A stretch of DNA of 64,000 nt from Sporopachydermia quercuum (taxonomy: Eukaryota). Shown here one piece after another: positions 47,108-60,923 of the stretch. The position numbers and the translations under genes are program-made. Positions within the stretch are counted from its first letter, which is position 1. Each line of letters opens with the position of its first letter. The notes beneath the pieces were generated by a model that worked only from the letters and a program-made list of their open reading frames with translations, was not told where the DNA came from and searched no databases. The DNA is taken from positions 310,001 to 374,000 of the forward strand of contig BCGN01000003.1 of NCBI GenBank assembly GCA_001599295.1, read 5' to 3'.

Positions 47108-47530
47108 CTAACCACCGAAACCGTATAAAGTTCTTCCTTGTCTCTTCAAAGCATAGACAACATCCAATGAAGTGACAGTCTTTCTCTTAGCGTGTTCAGT
47201 ATAAGTAACAGCATCACGAATAACGGATTCTAAGAATGACTTAAGAACGCCTCTGACTTCTTCGTAGATCAAAGCTGAGATACGTTTGACACCACCTCTT
47301 CTCGCCAATCTTCTGATAGCAGGCTTGGTAATACCTTGAATGTTATCACGAAGAATCTTTCTGTGACGTTTGGCACCACTATTATTAAGTTAGAATCAAC
47401 TTCTTTGGACACTGTTTTCTACTTTTAATCAAATAACATATTTATCATTTAATAACATTTTGATCAAACAAATCAAAATCAACACTTACGATTTGCCAAG
47501 TCCCTTTCCGCCTTTTCCTCTGCCAGACAT
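47108..47530 (-). CDS. HHF1: Histone H4, 2 exons: 47530-47490, 47378-47108
   Basis: [48 protein letters not shown]...LYGFGG. Intron 47489-47379 (GTAAGT...TTCTAAC...TAG). Confidence 0.97.
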
Positions 47531-49111
47531 ATTTGATAATTTATACTAATAATTAATTGTTTAAACTGTATCTAGTTGGTAGAATTTATCTAATTGATTA
47601 AGGAGAAAAGNAGAAAGAAAAAAAAAAGCCTCTTCTTACTAGCTTACATATAGAAGAATAAAATGTAAAACAGAAAGCAGAGGGAATATCAAAGTATATA
47701 AGGGATTTAGTATGTGAGATTTTGAGAAAATATTCCCATTTAAAACACCACAAATTTGTTGAAACTAAAACCAAAATAAACAACGTAATCAATACACTTG
47801 TCTGTGGTTGCAAGTAGTGGGCAAATAGGATCAACCAATTACCAAATGCAAAACAGTGGCGGACAAGTGTAAATTTAGGGACACCGTCATTCGATAGTAA
47901 AAAGTATACTGAAGAATTAAAATGAATAAACAATTTTAGGGGATATTGAATGTTAAAAAAATCCAACATTCTGGATGCTGAAATTGAGGTGAAAACCCCA
48001 TAGTAAACTGACGTCGAATCTTGATATCAAGGAACTTTGAATCTCATCTCGTTTGCTCTNCATATCAGAGATCCCTTATAAACCTTAAAGCAATCGAATT
48101 TCTCAATCTGGGTTATACAAGTTAACCTTAAAGAGATAACGGACAGTATTTGATAGTGTTGATACTTACACCCTTGTGAGTAAACTGAGGAACTAGTTAA
48201 ATCGGTATTAGATTTGCACTCAAACTGCATGTCTGTTACCTGAATCAACAATATACAGAAACAATCAAACATTTAAATTATAACAGTAGATTAATAAATT
48301 GTACCATCAGCCACACACCATTTACTTGAAAAAGAAACTTCTAATGTCAAATGGGCTATATTTTTCTGTATATTGTCGAAAGTTCATAATAAAGCGGAAA
48401 TACATCTAGTCATAACAAGATCTCATTCATCTAGGTCAGGGGCATCTGTAAAGATTGTTGCACTTTGATTCAATTCATCTTTCTCAAAAAGATGAACGAC
48501 AGAAATCAAACGCTTCTTGAATGCCTTATACTCATAAATATCTTATTTCCCATTTCATGTCCTATTTATGCTCAGCAGAATAGTGTCTCATCTCTGAAAG
48601 AAATATTAACCGTACATATATATATTCACCTATTGTCGTCATTTGCAACTATAGCATATCTATCTTCAGACTTCCCATCATTATTACAGGCTCAAAAGGG
48701 AAAACTTTAAACTTTGTTTTTTTTGGTATGTACTTGGCTACTACATTTTTATTTGAAATGATCATTTTCTATGATGATTTTTACAGTGCAATTTCGAAAC
48801 AAAAAATGGCCTATGTTCAGATAAGTGAATGTGTAATTTTAATGAGGGAAATAAGACTTGTATACCAAATGATGTTTGTTTATTTGTCCGTAATAAAATT
48901 ATGTGATTATTTAAAAGAGAATTAACACAAAACTAATAAAATCTTGTTTTCATTTTCTTAATAAACCCTTCGTCTCCCCTCTTTTCTTCCCTATTCTTTC
49001 TTCCTTATTATAATATATTTTTGTTTGTTTTATCCTTATTTCCCCTTTACTTCTAATTTCTTTTTAAATTTAACTTATTAGCAATATCATAATTGATTCA
49101 ACAATAATTAG

Positions 49112-49543
<432 letters not shown>

Positions 49544-50565
49544 GAGTGATACCTTTTGAATGGCTTTTATATAGTTTTCAGGTTGATGGGTTGTATTTGT
49601 ATTTTAGGTGATAGTTATCAATAGTAATATCTGAATTTTATTCATATCTAAAAGTTATGATTTTTATATTAGTAGTGCTTCTTTTTCCATTTGTTCACTA
49701 GGTATTATTTTTTTCTATTCATTGGACATATATAGTGTTTGTATAGAACTTTGCTATAGTCGAAATAGTGACAGCATATGTATCTGAGATTTTGTCTTGT
49801 TCTCTTTTAAGTAAATTGCTTCTCTGAGTTTTTCTCAATAGTCTGCTCAATACTGGTTCAATTCATAAACCTTACTATATCATCTTCATTATAAAAGTCA
49901 TTAATAATCGTAATAAAAATATTATAATACCTATCAATCTGATTTTGTTAACCCATTCGTATTGGGGATATGTAAATAATCTCTCCATAAGATGATATAT
50001 TAGTCCGCACATGATGTCAGGCCTCTTTTGCTATGCCCATTTAGACACCGTTTACATCTCTGAGATAACAGTTGTCACAGCATTTCTTGAAATTTTTTTT
50101 TCTTTCTGTTTCTTAATAATATTAAAACGAAACTTATAAACAGTTTGGTGTTCAAAACTACATTTTTTCGCTCAAAAAAACCATGCAGTGCTCGTTCAGC
50201 CCCAGACAAGAAAGGCATCACAAAAGAGTGGTACTAATTTTAATTGATGACATAATACCTCTAGCTCATCCATCTACTGCCTTTGCAAAATCCAATAAGG
50301 GTCTTGTAGATGCTTTGTCCTTTTTATACTCCTTCATACCGGAAGTTACATGAGATAAGTGGTATTGAACACTATTTGTATTTCCTTGTTTCTGAACTCA
50401 GTGCAGTGGAACCAGTGTCGAGTTGAAACGGCGTACAAGTGAACTACCTAGCCAATTGTCATTTTGATTTTGTCTTAGAACTTTGCCCCAGATTCTCGCC
50501 CATCACTAATAATAAGAACTAGTTGAACTTACAGAGATAATTTGGATTCATTAAATTTAGTTAAA

Positions 50566-51260
50566 ATGTCGTTAACTCCATCAGATATAACACCAAACCC
50601 TCCTCCTGCTTCAACTAGCCCAGTTCCTCCGGTACCGCCTGCTAGGGATCCAAGGGCGCCAACTCCCTGGGATACTTTGAACAGTCTAAGCAATACACCA
50701 TACTTATCAGGAGCGCTTTCTGCTGGTCGTAAGTTGATATTCGTCTCCTATTTCAACAACAAGGAATCAATGATTTATNNGTTTCTTCCTTTTACTAACC
50801 AAGCCAGTATTTGCATATGCGTCTTCGAATATGCCTTCTAAACCATATGTTAAGCCAAATCGATTAATGGCATATGGCTATAGTGGCGCCTTTGCATTAG
50901 GATGTAAGTATATACTGGCACAAATTTGAACTATTTTGCGTGTGAACGTTATTAACCCGTTTATTTAGCTTGGATTATATTCGACGGTGACATTGAAAAC
51001 GGTGCAGGTTTCAATTCAGGTAAGTGTGAACTCATCATTAGTTGATTGCTCCATGTATTTGAGTTCTTCACTTTAACATCGGTTTTTACTAACTATTTTC
51101 ATAAGCTTGGAGTTTCCTTTACTTGGTTTCATACGGTACCAATGCTTTGAAACATCCCAGATTGTCTACAATTTCTTTGGCTACATATTCTCTTCTCACA
51201 GGAATAACCTATGGAAATCGATTCTTCTTTCCACACGTCATGGGAGAAGAAGAGTATTAG
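50566..51260 (+). CDS. AIM19: Aim19-family mitochondrial membrane protein, 4 exons: 50566-50728, 50808-50903, 50969-51019, 51106-51260 (~154 aa)
   Basis: Three GTAAGT introns splice in frame to give ...GAFALG-S-WIIFDGDIENGAGFNS-A-WSFLYLV...TYGNRFF. The DGDxENGAGF..AWS.LYL motif is recalled for Aim19. Confidence 0.8.
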
Positions 51261-51305
51261 TGTAATATATATACTCATTATATCATTCAGTTATTATCTA
51301 TTTTT

Positions 51306-52303
<998 letters not shown>

Positions 52304-53558
52304 TGAATGTTTCTTACAACTATCTCGGTTAAAAATACCGATATCGTTTATGACTATTTTGTGTTCTAGTGCTCACTTTACTTTCCACGTTTAACCTCTC
52401 TTTTAGCTTATTTTTTCTTAACACTTCTTTTGGATCTTGCTGATGTTGGCTTTTGATCAAACCGATGAGTTGAAACGAAACCGCAGCTGTCTTTCAAAAT
52501 GAGATAAAAGGTCACACAATAGCAAATCTCATTATTAAAACCAAAGATAACAAGAATATATATTTTGAACTATGATATATTTTCAAATAGTTTTTCTTTC
52601 TCTATCTCATTATTTCTTTATCAAGGATGAAAATTTTCAAGCAGTTGATAACAGTAATTTTCGTTTATTACCAGAATACATTTCGCCAATGTGAATTACA
52701 TACAATACAAGCTTTGCTATCAGAAATTTGTCGTTTGATTATCAAATATAGCGGACAGGTATACCCGGGACAGATGACTACCTTCCCAGTTTTAGGAGGA
52801 GGCGAGAAACATTGATGGAGTTGTATGGATAGTGCTTGTGTCGATTGTTGGGAGAAAGAAGAACAGAGTAATATATATCAATAAAACGTGTATACTTTTC
52901 CGGAGAATTAACAAGGATAAATCAGATAGTATTTAATCTATATATCAATGAAAATGGCCTGTGTATTTGAGAAAGGAATGGTCTTTGATTCTGATGCACA
53001 TGAGCTGAGTTGCCCCAAAAGTCTTGTCCGGATAATTTGGAGACTCTAAACGAACAGATTGTCATATCAGATGTCAATAGATGCGGATAAAATTCCTGAA
53101 TTGAAGTTAGTCATACCAGTAGTATCCTATAAATAGTCAATCAACACTAGATGCAACTATAAAATCAAATGAATTACATCATTAGTGCTTATAAGTTGAC
53201 TTAAAAAGTCTTGAGTCTGGAATACAAAATACAAGCAGACGACACTATTTCCTTTTCCGTAATTTTTGCTAGAATGTAGTGCATCTTTAAGCATGAAAGA
53301 CGAAACACTTTATAATGTACATGTAAAGGAGGGAAACACTCAAGACTTTTATTAGAACAGGATATGATTATCAAATTTCGGAAACTATTTTCTTATCTAT
53401 CATCATTATTACGAGACCAGAACCATGAACTATATCAATCATCTTCTGAAGTATAGTTGCCTGCCCAATCAATCAAAGTAAGAAGATCAATTTTTTTTGT
53501 TTGGAATGAGAATTTGAAATCGGAAACACAAAAGATTGAATCTAGCCTTTTAAGAACT

Positions 53559-54905
53559 ATGTCTGAGAACTATACAGTAACAAAGTCTCAGCAATTTGCT
53601 GAAGCTTCAACCTACTCATCAGTAGTCAGTTTACTGAAAACTATTGTTGGTGCTGGTATGCTTGCTATGCCATTTGCTATGAGCAAGGATGGTGTGTTTC
53701 TAGGTATCTTTCTTATGATTTTTGCTGGTATCACTTCGTGGTTTGGATTATTCTTACAAGGGTATACTGCACAATATGTTCCAAGATACCAAGCGTCTTT
53801 CTTTTCAGTATCACAGATCAGTTATCCTGCTTTAAGCGTCGTATTTGATTTAGCCATCGCTATAAAATGCTTTGGTGTTGGAGTATCATATTTGATTTTG
53901 ATAGGTGACCTATTACCACAGATTACGTTGACATTTTTCCCTAACTTGTCGCCAGATTCTCTATTTTTGACTCGTGTGTTTTGGATAACGTTATTTCTAG
54001 TTCTAATAATTGGTCCCCTATGTTATTTGAAAAACTTAGACTCACTGAAGTTCACTTCTTTGCTTGGACTAGCAGCAATTGTTTATATGGCCCTATTGGT
54101 TTATTCTCATTTTTTGATCGGTGATACTAAACCTCAACGAGGTGAAGTCAATTGGTTTAAAGCACAGGGAGTGAAAGGTGTGTTCTCTACTTTTTCAATA
54201 ATAGTATATGCGTATACTGGCCAACAAAACATGTTCTCAATTATCAATGAAGCCGAAGATAAGAGTTTAGAATCAATAAGTCAGGTTTCTCTGTCGTCGA
54301 TAGCTATATCTGGGTTCTTGTACATCTCTATCGGATTGACTGGTTATTTATCATTCGGATCCAATGTTAACGGTAATATCATAACCCTATATGAACATTC
54401 AGTTTTTTCAACAATTGCTCGTATTGCATTTGTTTTTATGGTCATGTTTTCATATCCTCTTATTGCACATCCCTGCAGAATATCAACCAATAATATACTG
54501 CAATGGATATATGATCATTTTTTCAAGTGGAAGAGCAGTCGCGAACCAGTGAACACCGATGAGACAAATCCTTTGTTAGGAGAAACTAGCACTACAACAG
54601 TGAAACTTCCACCATTGGAAGGGTTGAGATTCATTTTAGTCACTACAGGGCTCCTCACTGCGTCATATTTGACTTCAGTAACAGTTTCGTCTTTTGAAAC
54701 TGTTTTAGCCGTTGTAGGTGCTACAGGATCAACTTCGATTTCATTCATTCTTCCAGGATTATTTGGCTACAAGATAATTGGGTCAAATGCAGAGTCGGCA
54801 GAAATTCCTCTGAAAGAATTGGTTTTGAAATACCTCTCATTAATTTTAACAGTTTGGGGATTTTTTGTCATGTTTGTTTGCTTGGGGCTGATAATCATTG
54901 GTTGA
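53559..54905 (+). CDS. Vacuolar amino-acid transporter, Avt5/6/7 family
   Basis: LLKTIVGAGMLAMPFA, FDLAIAIKCFGVGVSYL, KNLDSLKFTS, VGATGSTSISFILPG; about 11 TM helices. First in-frame ATG is 53559. Confidence 0.92.
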   Translation: MSENYTVTKSQQFAEASTYSSVVSLLKTIVGAGMLAMPFAMSKDGVFLGIFLMIFAGITSWFGLFLQGYTAQYVPRYQASFFSVSQISYPALSVVFDLAIAIKCFGVGVSYLILIGDLLPQITLTFFPNLSPDSLFLTRVFWITLFLVLIIGPLCYLKNLDSLKFTSLLGLAAIVYMALLVYSHFLIGDTKPQRGEVNWFKAQGVKGVFSTFSIIVYAYTGQQNMFSIINEAEDKSLESISQVSLSSIAISGFLYISIGLTGYLSFGSNVNGNIITLYEHSVFSTIARIAFVFMVMFSYPLIAHPCRISTNNILQWIYDHFFKWKSSREPVNTDETNPLLGETSTTTVKLPPLEGLRFILVTTGLLTASYLTSVTVSSFETVLAVVGATGSTSISFILPGLFGYKIIGSNAESAEIPLKELVLKYLSLILTVWGFFVMFVCLGLIIIG

Positions 54906-56774
54906 CATGGGATTGGAGTTGGTTTGTCTTTCTTTTCAACATTATCAGAGACAGTTACCATATCAAATCCACCTACATAAGGATTGAGTGAGTTTATTAC
55001 ATATTTAAAATTACTACTTTATGTCTTGGTATAGTGTCTCTGTTATTTGTTTTTACCCTTTCAACTGAAGATGATTAATACCTAAGAAATACACGTGAGT
55101 TTTATTGAAGATAGATATCCGATTGCCTCTCTCATTTGACTTAACAAATAGAAGAGGAGTTCAAGAACATACATAATTGGTAGAACCAACGGTTGATCAC
55201 TGCTACAACTGAGAGCAAAACTGGAAAGGGTCGGATGCATTCTGGTAGTAACAGACTGAGAAGACGGCTTACCGGCAGTGTGAATTGAAAAAGAAAGAAA
55301 CAACTAGTAAAATATAATATTTCTCTGCTTGAAATACTTCTTCACAACATGTCCTCATAAACTTAGCAGAATATAGTTCTCACACAATAGAATCTCAATC
55401 CAGCAACTCAACATATCAGACGCGCTCAAGATATTCTAACCAGTTCCATGACTAAGCTGTAACAGTTTAATATTGAAACCAACCACTTAAATATAATGTG
55501 TTATAATAATGATATAAATAGCTTTCTCCCAAGTTAAGCAATTAATATCTTTACTGATCGTGCGAATATAACTTCCTAAATAAGGTTGGCCTTAAAAATA
55601 AGCTTTATAATAACCTTAATTTTTGCCGGTAATTGCCGTTCAGCTCAACGGCATTTCGAATTTAACGTTACGTAGTTCAATAGTCCTCGTGGTTGATTAC
55701 TTGCAACTAATTTCATGCTGTATGAAGCGATTCCCCAATATTAAATTGTCTACAGTGATATAATTGTGATTTTCCAAAAGGATTTCCGTTCACTTTAATG
55801 GAGGCTTTCTCCGGATTGCGAATAAAGTAAGCTCAAGAATGGAAGGAGAAATTCAAAGGCAATTTCTGGAATGTCGTTCCAACGGTTATTTTGACATTAT
55901 ATGTTAGTTGATCACTAGCTCTTAGAATAAGGAAAACTACTAAACCAAGCCTATTGATTATACACTAGTAAACAAATAATAGCTTGAATATTAAATAAAA
56001 CATCAAGCACTTATTCTATATCGAGACCGTCACGTAATTCTTCCTTATCTATTTCTTCCATTGGAGTACATTCACTATTTGCTCCTTTCTCCATCCCCCA
56101 TCTCCTACTATCATGGTTTCCTTTATGTAGTAGTTCAAATTAAAGTTGTGGCACTATTCTTTTAAAGTTGAACTCTTCTTCTCAAAGCAAATAAAACCGG
56201 CATCGGAGATAGAAAGAGAAGGAATGGGACATTACTAGAAATTATTCTTTCAAGCTNTTCTAGCAACTTTTTCTCTGTTCTGTTTAAAAGTTTTGTCACT
56301 GAAGCAGGTATCACCAGATTTCATTCGTTCGAATACATGGAGACTTCAACCGCTTTTAGTGAAATTGAGCAATAATCTCTGAAGTAGAAAGACTGCTTTC
56401 ATAACTACTGTATATGCACAGTAAGTTTGAGGGGAAGGAAGGAGAATAAATATTACAAGAGCATTCGTTATTGGTAGATTGATGTCCAAGAACCTTTGAT
56501 CATAAGACGAATTTGTTGAGAAAATTGAATCAGAATCTGATAAATAATTCATCGCTAAATGAGATTAAACGCGTAGTTCAGACAGTAGAGAAGTGTGACG
56601 AAAGAACTGGCCATAAGCATAGGTATATCTCCATTTCCGCAGAAAAAACATCTGAAGAACTGGAAATTGATATTGATCATTTGGTTGTTGAGATTGTCAT
56701 TTTGAAGCAAACATAGAAGGTTCAAAAGTGTACAGATTTTGTTCTCAGGTAATGACACTCACTATAGAATAAAA

Positions 56775-58736
56775 ATGAATCAATTTAACACCAACTTCAA
56801 TAGTTTATTCAAACAGTATCATGATGAGAGACCTTTGAAAGTTGTTCTGTTAGGTCAACAGGGATCTGGAAAAACCTCAACAGTTGCAAGGTTGGAATCT
56901 GATTTGTTTCTTGACTCATATTATCCTACGATTCAACAATCCGAAACTATCGTCAATGGGAAATATCCATTAGCTGTTATATCAGATACTCAAATACCTA
57001 ACTTAACACCTAATATTTCACCAACGTTCTCGAACCAATCCGGTAATAGTGGTGCGTTTTCGCCTGTTCAATCAAATATATCCTCCAGTCCCCCTGTTTT
57101 CAGTACAGGCGACTTATCAGATGATGCTTCTAGTACTACTACTAATAACTCTCAAAATAGGAAACTATCATTCAGACATAAATTTGGTCGTACAGAAAGC
57201 TCGGCCTCCAGTTTAAGAAGTAGTGGAAGTAGCAATCAAACCATTGCTAGTAGCACTAGCAGTAATAAGGACTTTACAATTCCACAGTCTTCAATTCAAT
57301 GCTATAAACAATGCTACATGGAATTGATTGATACGCCTGGAATTCCATCAGATTTGATACCAAACATATTTGATATCAAACAATCAAAATCAGAAGAGAA
57401 GTTATTCAAATCAGTAACCACAATCGAGAATCAAACATTAGTTGGTGTTAATTCTTTAGGAGTCTCCACTAAAATATGTCCTATTAGTCAAGATATTGAT
57501 TTATACACAATTATATATAAATTGGATAAAGAGGAATACTCTGATGAAATGATTAAAGATTTGTACAAGTCAGTAATGGAAAGAGGATCAGATGATAAAA
57601 CCGAAGTAAGAGATATAAGAGAATTAATTCAAAATGACAAACGGATCTCATCGCATATCCAACAAAAGCTTGATGTGATTAGATTTCTTTATATATCNTT
57701 ACATAACGCATATTTGGATCTTATACGCTATTATAAGAAATATGGCGTTAAAATATCAAAATCCAATCCTTTAGGCTCGTTGAAAAACATCAAGAATAAG
57801 AAAGGGCAGATCCCGATTGAAAATTTAGGAGGTGAAGCCGATGAGTACAGTTTAAAGCATTCTATTACTCAATCCTGGAGAAAATATAAAGAGTTAGAAG
57901 AACAAGAACGTGCAAGGGAACTTTTACGAAAAAGTTCTCAGCAGAACTCATCTTCTGCGATATCACTAAGCTCTATCAATACACCTAATGATGGGGAAAA
58001 TAGTAATAAGTTGTATCAAAGAAAAAAGTACGGTAATATAAAAATTTCACCAGAGACAGAACAATCACTTTTGGAGAATTACGAACATCTGAAGCTTGCT
58101 TATGGGAAGTCCAATTACCAACCATATGCAAGATTCAATAAGTCACAGTCATCTTCGAATCTTGCGGGGGCTGATATAGATATTAATTTTATGTCAGATG
58201 ATTTATATCGTCAGCAAAATATTCCTCCAGTACTAGTTGCTATCAACGAATTCATACATCTGAATAGAACAATTTTCACAGCAAGTAATGCTGATTTAAA
58301 GACAATGACAGAAGAAAGCATCAAAGCTCACATCATTGATTATGAACGAGAAGAACTATTCAATCTATGCCAACGAATTAAGTTCGTTCCTATGGATATA
58401 AATACTTTTTCTGGTAATGGATTTTTAGATGATAATGAGTCAGAATCAAGCTATAATCGATTCAAATTCAGCAGTAATACTGACAGTAATGTCGCCAGTG
58501 ACTACGCAGCGTTTGGTTCAGANATAAGGTCTAGCAATAGTATCTGTAGTTCATCTGAAGCTCAATCTGTGTTTGAAAAGCATCATGTTGATAAAAGAAG
58601 ATACCTAAAAGATGCTGATATGAAAAGTGTTATTGGGATACTGATATGTGAAAGAGATTTATTCTTTTACGTGAAGTCAAATGATCTGATTAAGATCAAG
58701 TCTGAGATGAAGAAAATTGTGAAAAGATTTTTTTGA
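56775..58736 (+). CDS. Atypical, greatly expanded Ras-superfamily-like P-loop protein (~653 aa)
   Basis: LKVVLLGQQGSGKT (G1), FLDSYYPTI (G2-like), MELIDTPG (G3), PPVLVAINEF (degenerate G4-like). 2-kb open frame. Start uncertain; a small upstream exon via GTAAGT at 56421 is possible. Confidence 0.75.
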   Translation: MNQFNTNFNSLFKQYHDERPLKVVLLGQQGSGKTSTVARLESDLFLDSYYPTIQQSETIVNGKYPLAVISDTQIPNLTPNISPTFSNQSGNSGAFSPVQSNISSSPPVFSTGDLSDDASSTTTNNSQNRKLSFRHKFGRTESSASSLRSSGSSNQTIASSTSSNKDFTIPQSSIQCYKQCYMELIDTPGIPSDLIPNIFDIKQSKSEEKLFKSVTTIENQTLVGVNSLGVSTKICPISQDIDLYTIIYKLDKEEYSDEMIKDLYKSVMERGSDDKTEVRDIRELIQNDKRISSHIQQKLDVIRFLYIXLHNAYLDLIRYYKKYGVKISKSNPLGSLKNIKNKKGQIPIENLGGEADEYSLKHSITQSWRKYKELEEQERARELLRKSSQQNSSSAISLSSINTPNDGENSNKLYQRKKYGNIKISPETEQSLLENYEHLKLAYGKSNYQPYARFNKSQSSSNLAGADIDINFMSDDLYRQQNIPPVLVAINEFIHLNRTIFTASNADLKTMTEESIKAHIIDYEREELFNLCQRIKFVPMDINTFSGNGFLDDNESESSYNRFKFSSNTDSNVASDYAAFGSXIRSSNSICSSSEAQSVFEKHHVDKRRYLKDADMKSVIGILICERDLFFYVKSNDLIKIKSEMKKIVKRFF

Positions 58737-59483
58737 GTTATAGATCAATGTGAGTCTGATTTCTGTATATAATAAGGTGAAGATAATGACGANATAACCA
58801 ACAAAAGCATGAATTTAGTCAGAGAATTCAGTAATAGTAATAGTACATGATTTCTGATAGATTTCTCGGTGACGAGTTTCGCATAGAAATAAACTTTTTC
58901 TGGTATTTACGAATCGAGAAGGTAGGTCACTAAGTTTATCTGAACGTTAACTTAAACTAATCATTTCAAGCGGTAGGAACAAAAAGAAATAGTATATCTT
59001 CTTAGAAACTTATAACATACAGGAAGTAAGAAATCAGAAGGAAATACATAACATAACTTTCTCACATACTACTTCATTACTATCATTATTCAAGCTCATA
59101 TGTAGTAGATGTCCCTCCTTCGAATTTCTATACCCTTGANAGTTACGTTCCATAACGGAATACACTTAAAGTGTCATTATATGATTAGTTAGGTTCAAAT
59201 ATTAAATGTTCACATAATCATAACCTATTTCGTCTATTCCTCGCCCTGATTATCGAACACCATTTGAGCAATCANTCATTATCAACATGATTAATTAACT
59301 ATTCGTAGATATATGCTAATAAAAAGCAATGCATTGTCAAGAATTATTAGATAAATCTGTCAAAAGACCACGTGGAGACAATGAACTTATAAAACCAAGA
59401 ATTACATTCTTTTATTTTTGTTTTCGTATCCTGTTCTTTTCTCCTATCCATTCATCAGCATCCTTCATCCAGAGAGAAACATT

Positions 59484-60923
59484 ATGCCATCGTCTTCCCA
59501 TAATCCATCCAATAGTAACAACACTGATNCTGAATCTCTTGATTCAGGCATAGGAAGAAAAAGATATATTCCACCATGGACATCACCATATATCATTGGT
59601 ATAGCAGGTATAAGTGGATCAGGTAAAACAAGTGTTGCCTCACAAATTATAAAAGCTATTAATCAACCTTGGACTGTTCTGTTATCAATGGATAATTTCT
59701 ATAGGAATCTAAACCCTGAACAACTAGCGAAAGCATTTAAAAATGAATATGACCTTGATGCTCCACAAGCAATTGATCACGAGCTGTTGTATGAAAAATT
59801 ATTACAATTAAAAGAAGGTCGAAAAGCTGCTATTCCTATTTACTCATTTGCTTCCCATTCAAGAACCGATAGAGTGTTCACCATATACGGAGCAGATATA
59901 GTCATAGTTGAAGGTATATTTGCTCTTTATGACAAGAGATTGTATGACATGATGGACCTCAAAATATACGTGGATACAGATTTAGATGTATGTTTAGCAA
60001 GAAGATTAAACAGAGATATAGCTCATAGAGGTAGAGACTTGAATGGAGTCATGAAGCAATGGGAGCTATTCGTTAAACCCAATGCTGTTGCTCACGTTCG
60101 ACCAACAATGTCACATGCTGATTTAATCATACCAAGAGGAGCAGATAATAAAGTTGCCATAGATATCGTTATCAAACATGTATCAACACAGCTAGAGAAG
60201 AGGTCACAAGACCATGTCGAACAATTGGTAAGATTAGGTAAAATGCGGACAATTGATGATTTAGAAGCTTTAAAGAATCTTCGGCTTCTAGAGCAGACAC
60301 CGCAAGTGCAAGCTATTGTTACGACTTTGTTGAACATNAAGACCTCCAGAGATGATTTCATATTTTATTTTGATAGAATAGCCATTCTTTTGATTAACAA
60401 AGCTTTGGAGTTTCTTAGCTTTGAAGCAAAAACAGTCACCGTGCCTGTAACAGGTTGTGAATACCAAGGATTGGAACAGATTGAGCAGTTATGTGCAGTG
60501 AATTTAATTCGTGCTGGTGATTGCTTTACATATTCATTGAAGAAAACGTATCCCGGTATTGCTGTTGGCAAACTTTTAATTCAGTCTGATGCAAGAACAG
60601 GTGAACCGAGACTTCACGCTGAGAATTTACCGCCAATGGTGAGTGATAGAAACAACGAAGGAGCAAATGCGCCGCCAATTAAAATATTATTATTTGATGC
60701 TCAGATATCATCAGGTTCTGGAGCAATTATGGCTGTTCAAGTACTGCTAGATCACGATATCAATGCTAGAGATATTGTTTTCGTTAGTTTCCTTGCTTCT
60801 AAAATTGGTATCAATAGACTGTTGTCAGCATTTCCTGACATTAATGTCGTTACTGGTAAAATAACCAACGACAGACAGCTATATAGNAAACGGTTCATTG
60901 ATTCAAAGTATTTTGGAACATAA
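59484..60923 (+). CDS. URK1: Uridine kinase with C-terminal UPRTase-like domain
   Basis: YIPPWTSPYIIGIAGISGSGKT, SMDNFY, VEGIFAL, ARRLNRDIAHRGRD, FIFYFDR, GKLLIQSD, RFIDSKYFGT. Confidence 0.95.
   Translation: MPSSSHNPSNSNNTDXESLDSGIGRKRYIPPWTSPYIIGIAGISGSGKTSVASQIIKAINQPWTVLLSMDNFYRNLNPEQLAKAFKNEYDLDAPQAIDHELLYEKLLQLKEGRKAAIPIYSFASHSRTDRVFTIYGADIVIVEGIFALYDKRLYDMMDLKIYVDTDLDVCLARRLNRDIAHRGRDLNGVMKQWELFVKPNAVAHVRPTMSHADLIIPRGADNKVAIDIVIKHVSTQLEKRSQDHVEQLVRLGKMRTIDDLEALKNLRLLEQTPQVQAIVTTLLNXKTSRDDFIFYFDRIAILLINKALEFLSFEAKTVTVPVTGCEYQGLEQIEQLCAVNLIRAGDCFTYSLKKTYPGIAVGKLLIQSDARTGEPRLHAENLPPMVSDRNNEGANAPPIKILLFDAQISSGSGAIMAVQVLLDHDINARDIVFVSFLASKIGINRLLSAFPDINVVTGKITNDRQLYXKRFIDSKYFGT

Noticed and set aside
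48964..48969. AACCCT box as in S. pombe histone promoters
   Set aside because: Single hexamer, expected by chance, with no matching copy on the H4 side.
59329..59553. Out-of-frame ORF overlapping the URK1 start
   Set aside because: Its ATG probably lies upstream of the TSS and the product is not protein-like; no supporting evidence.
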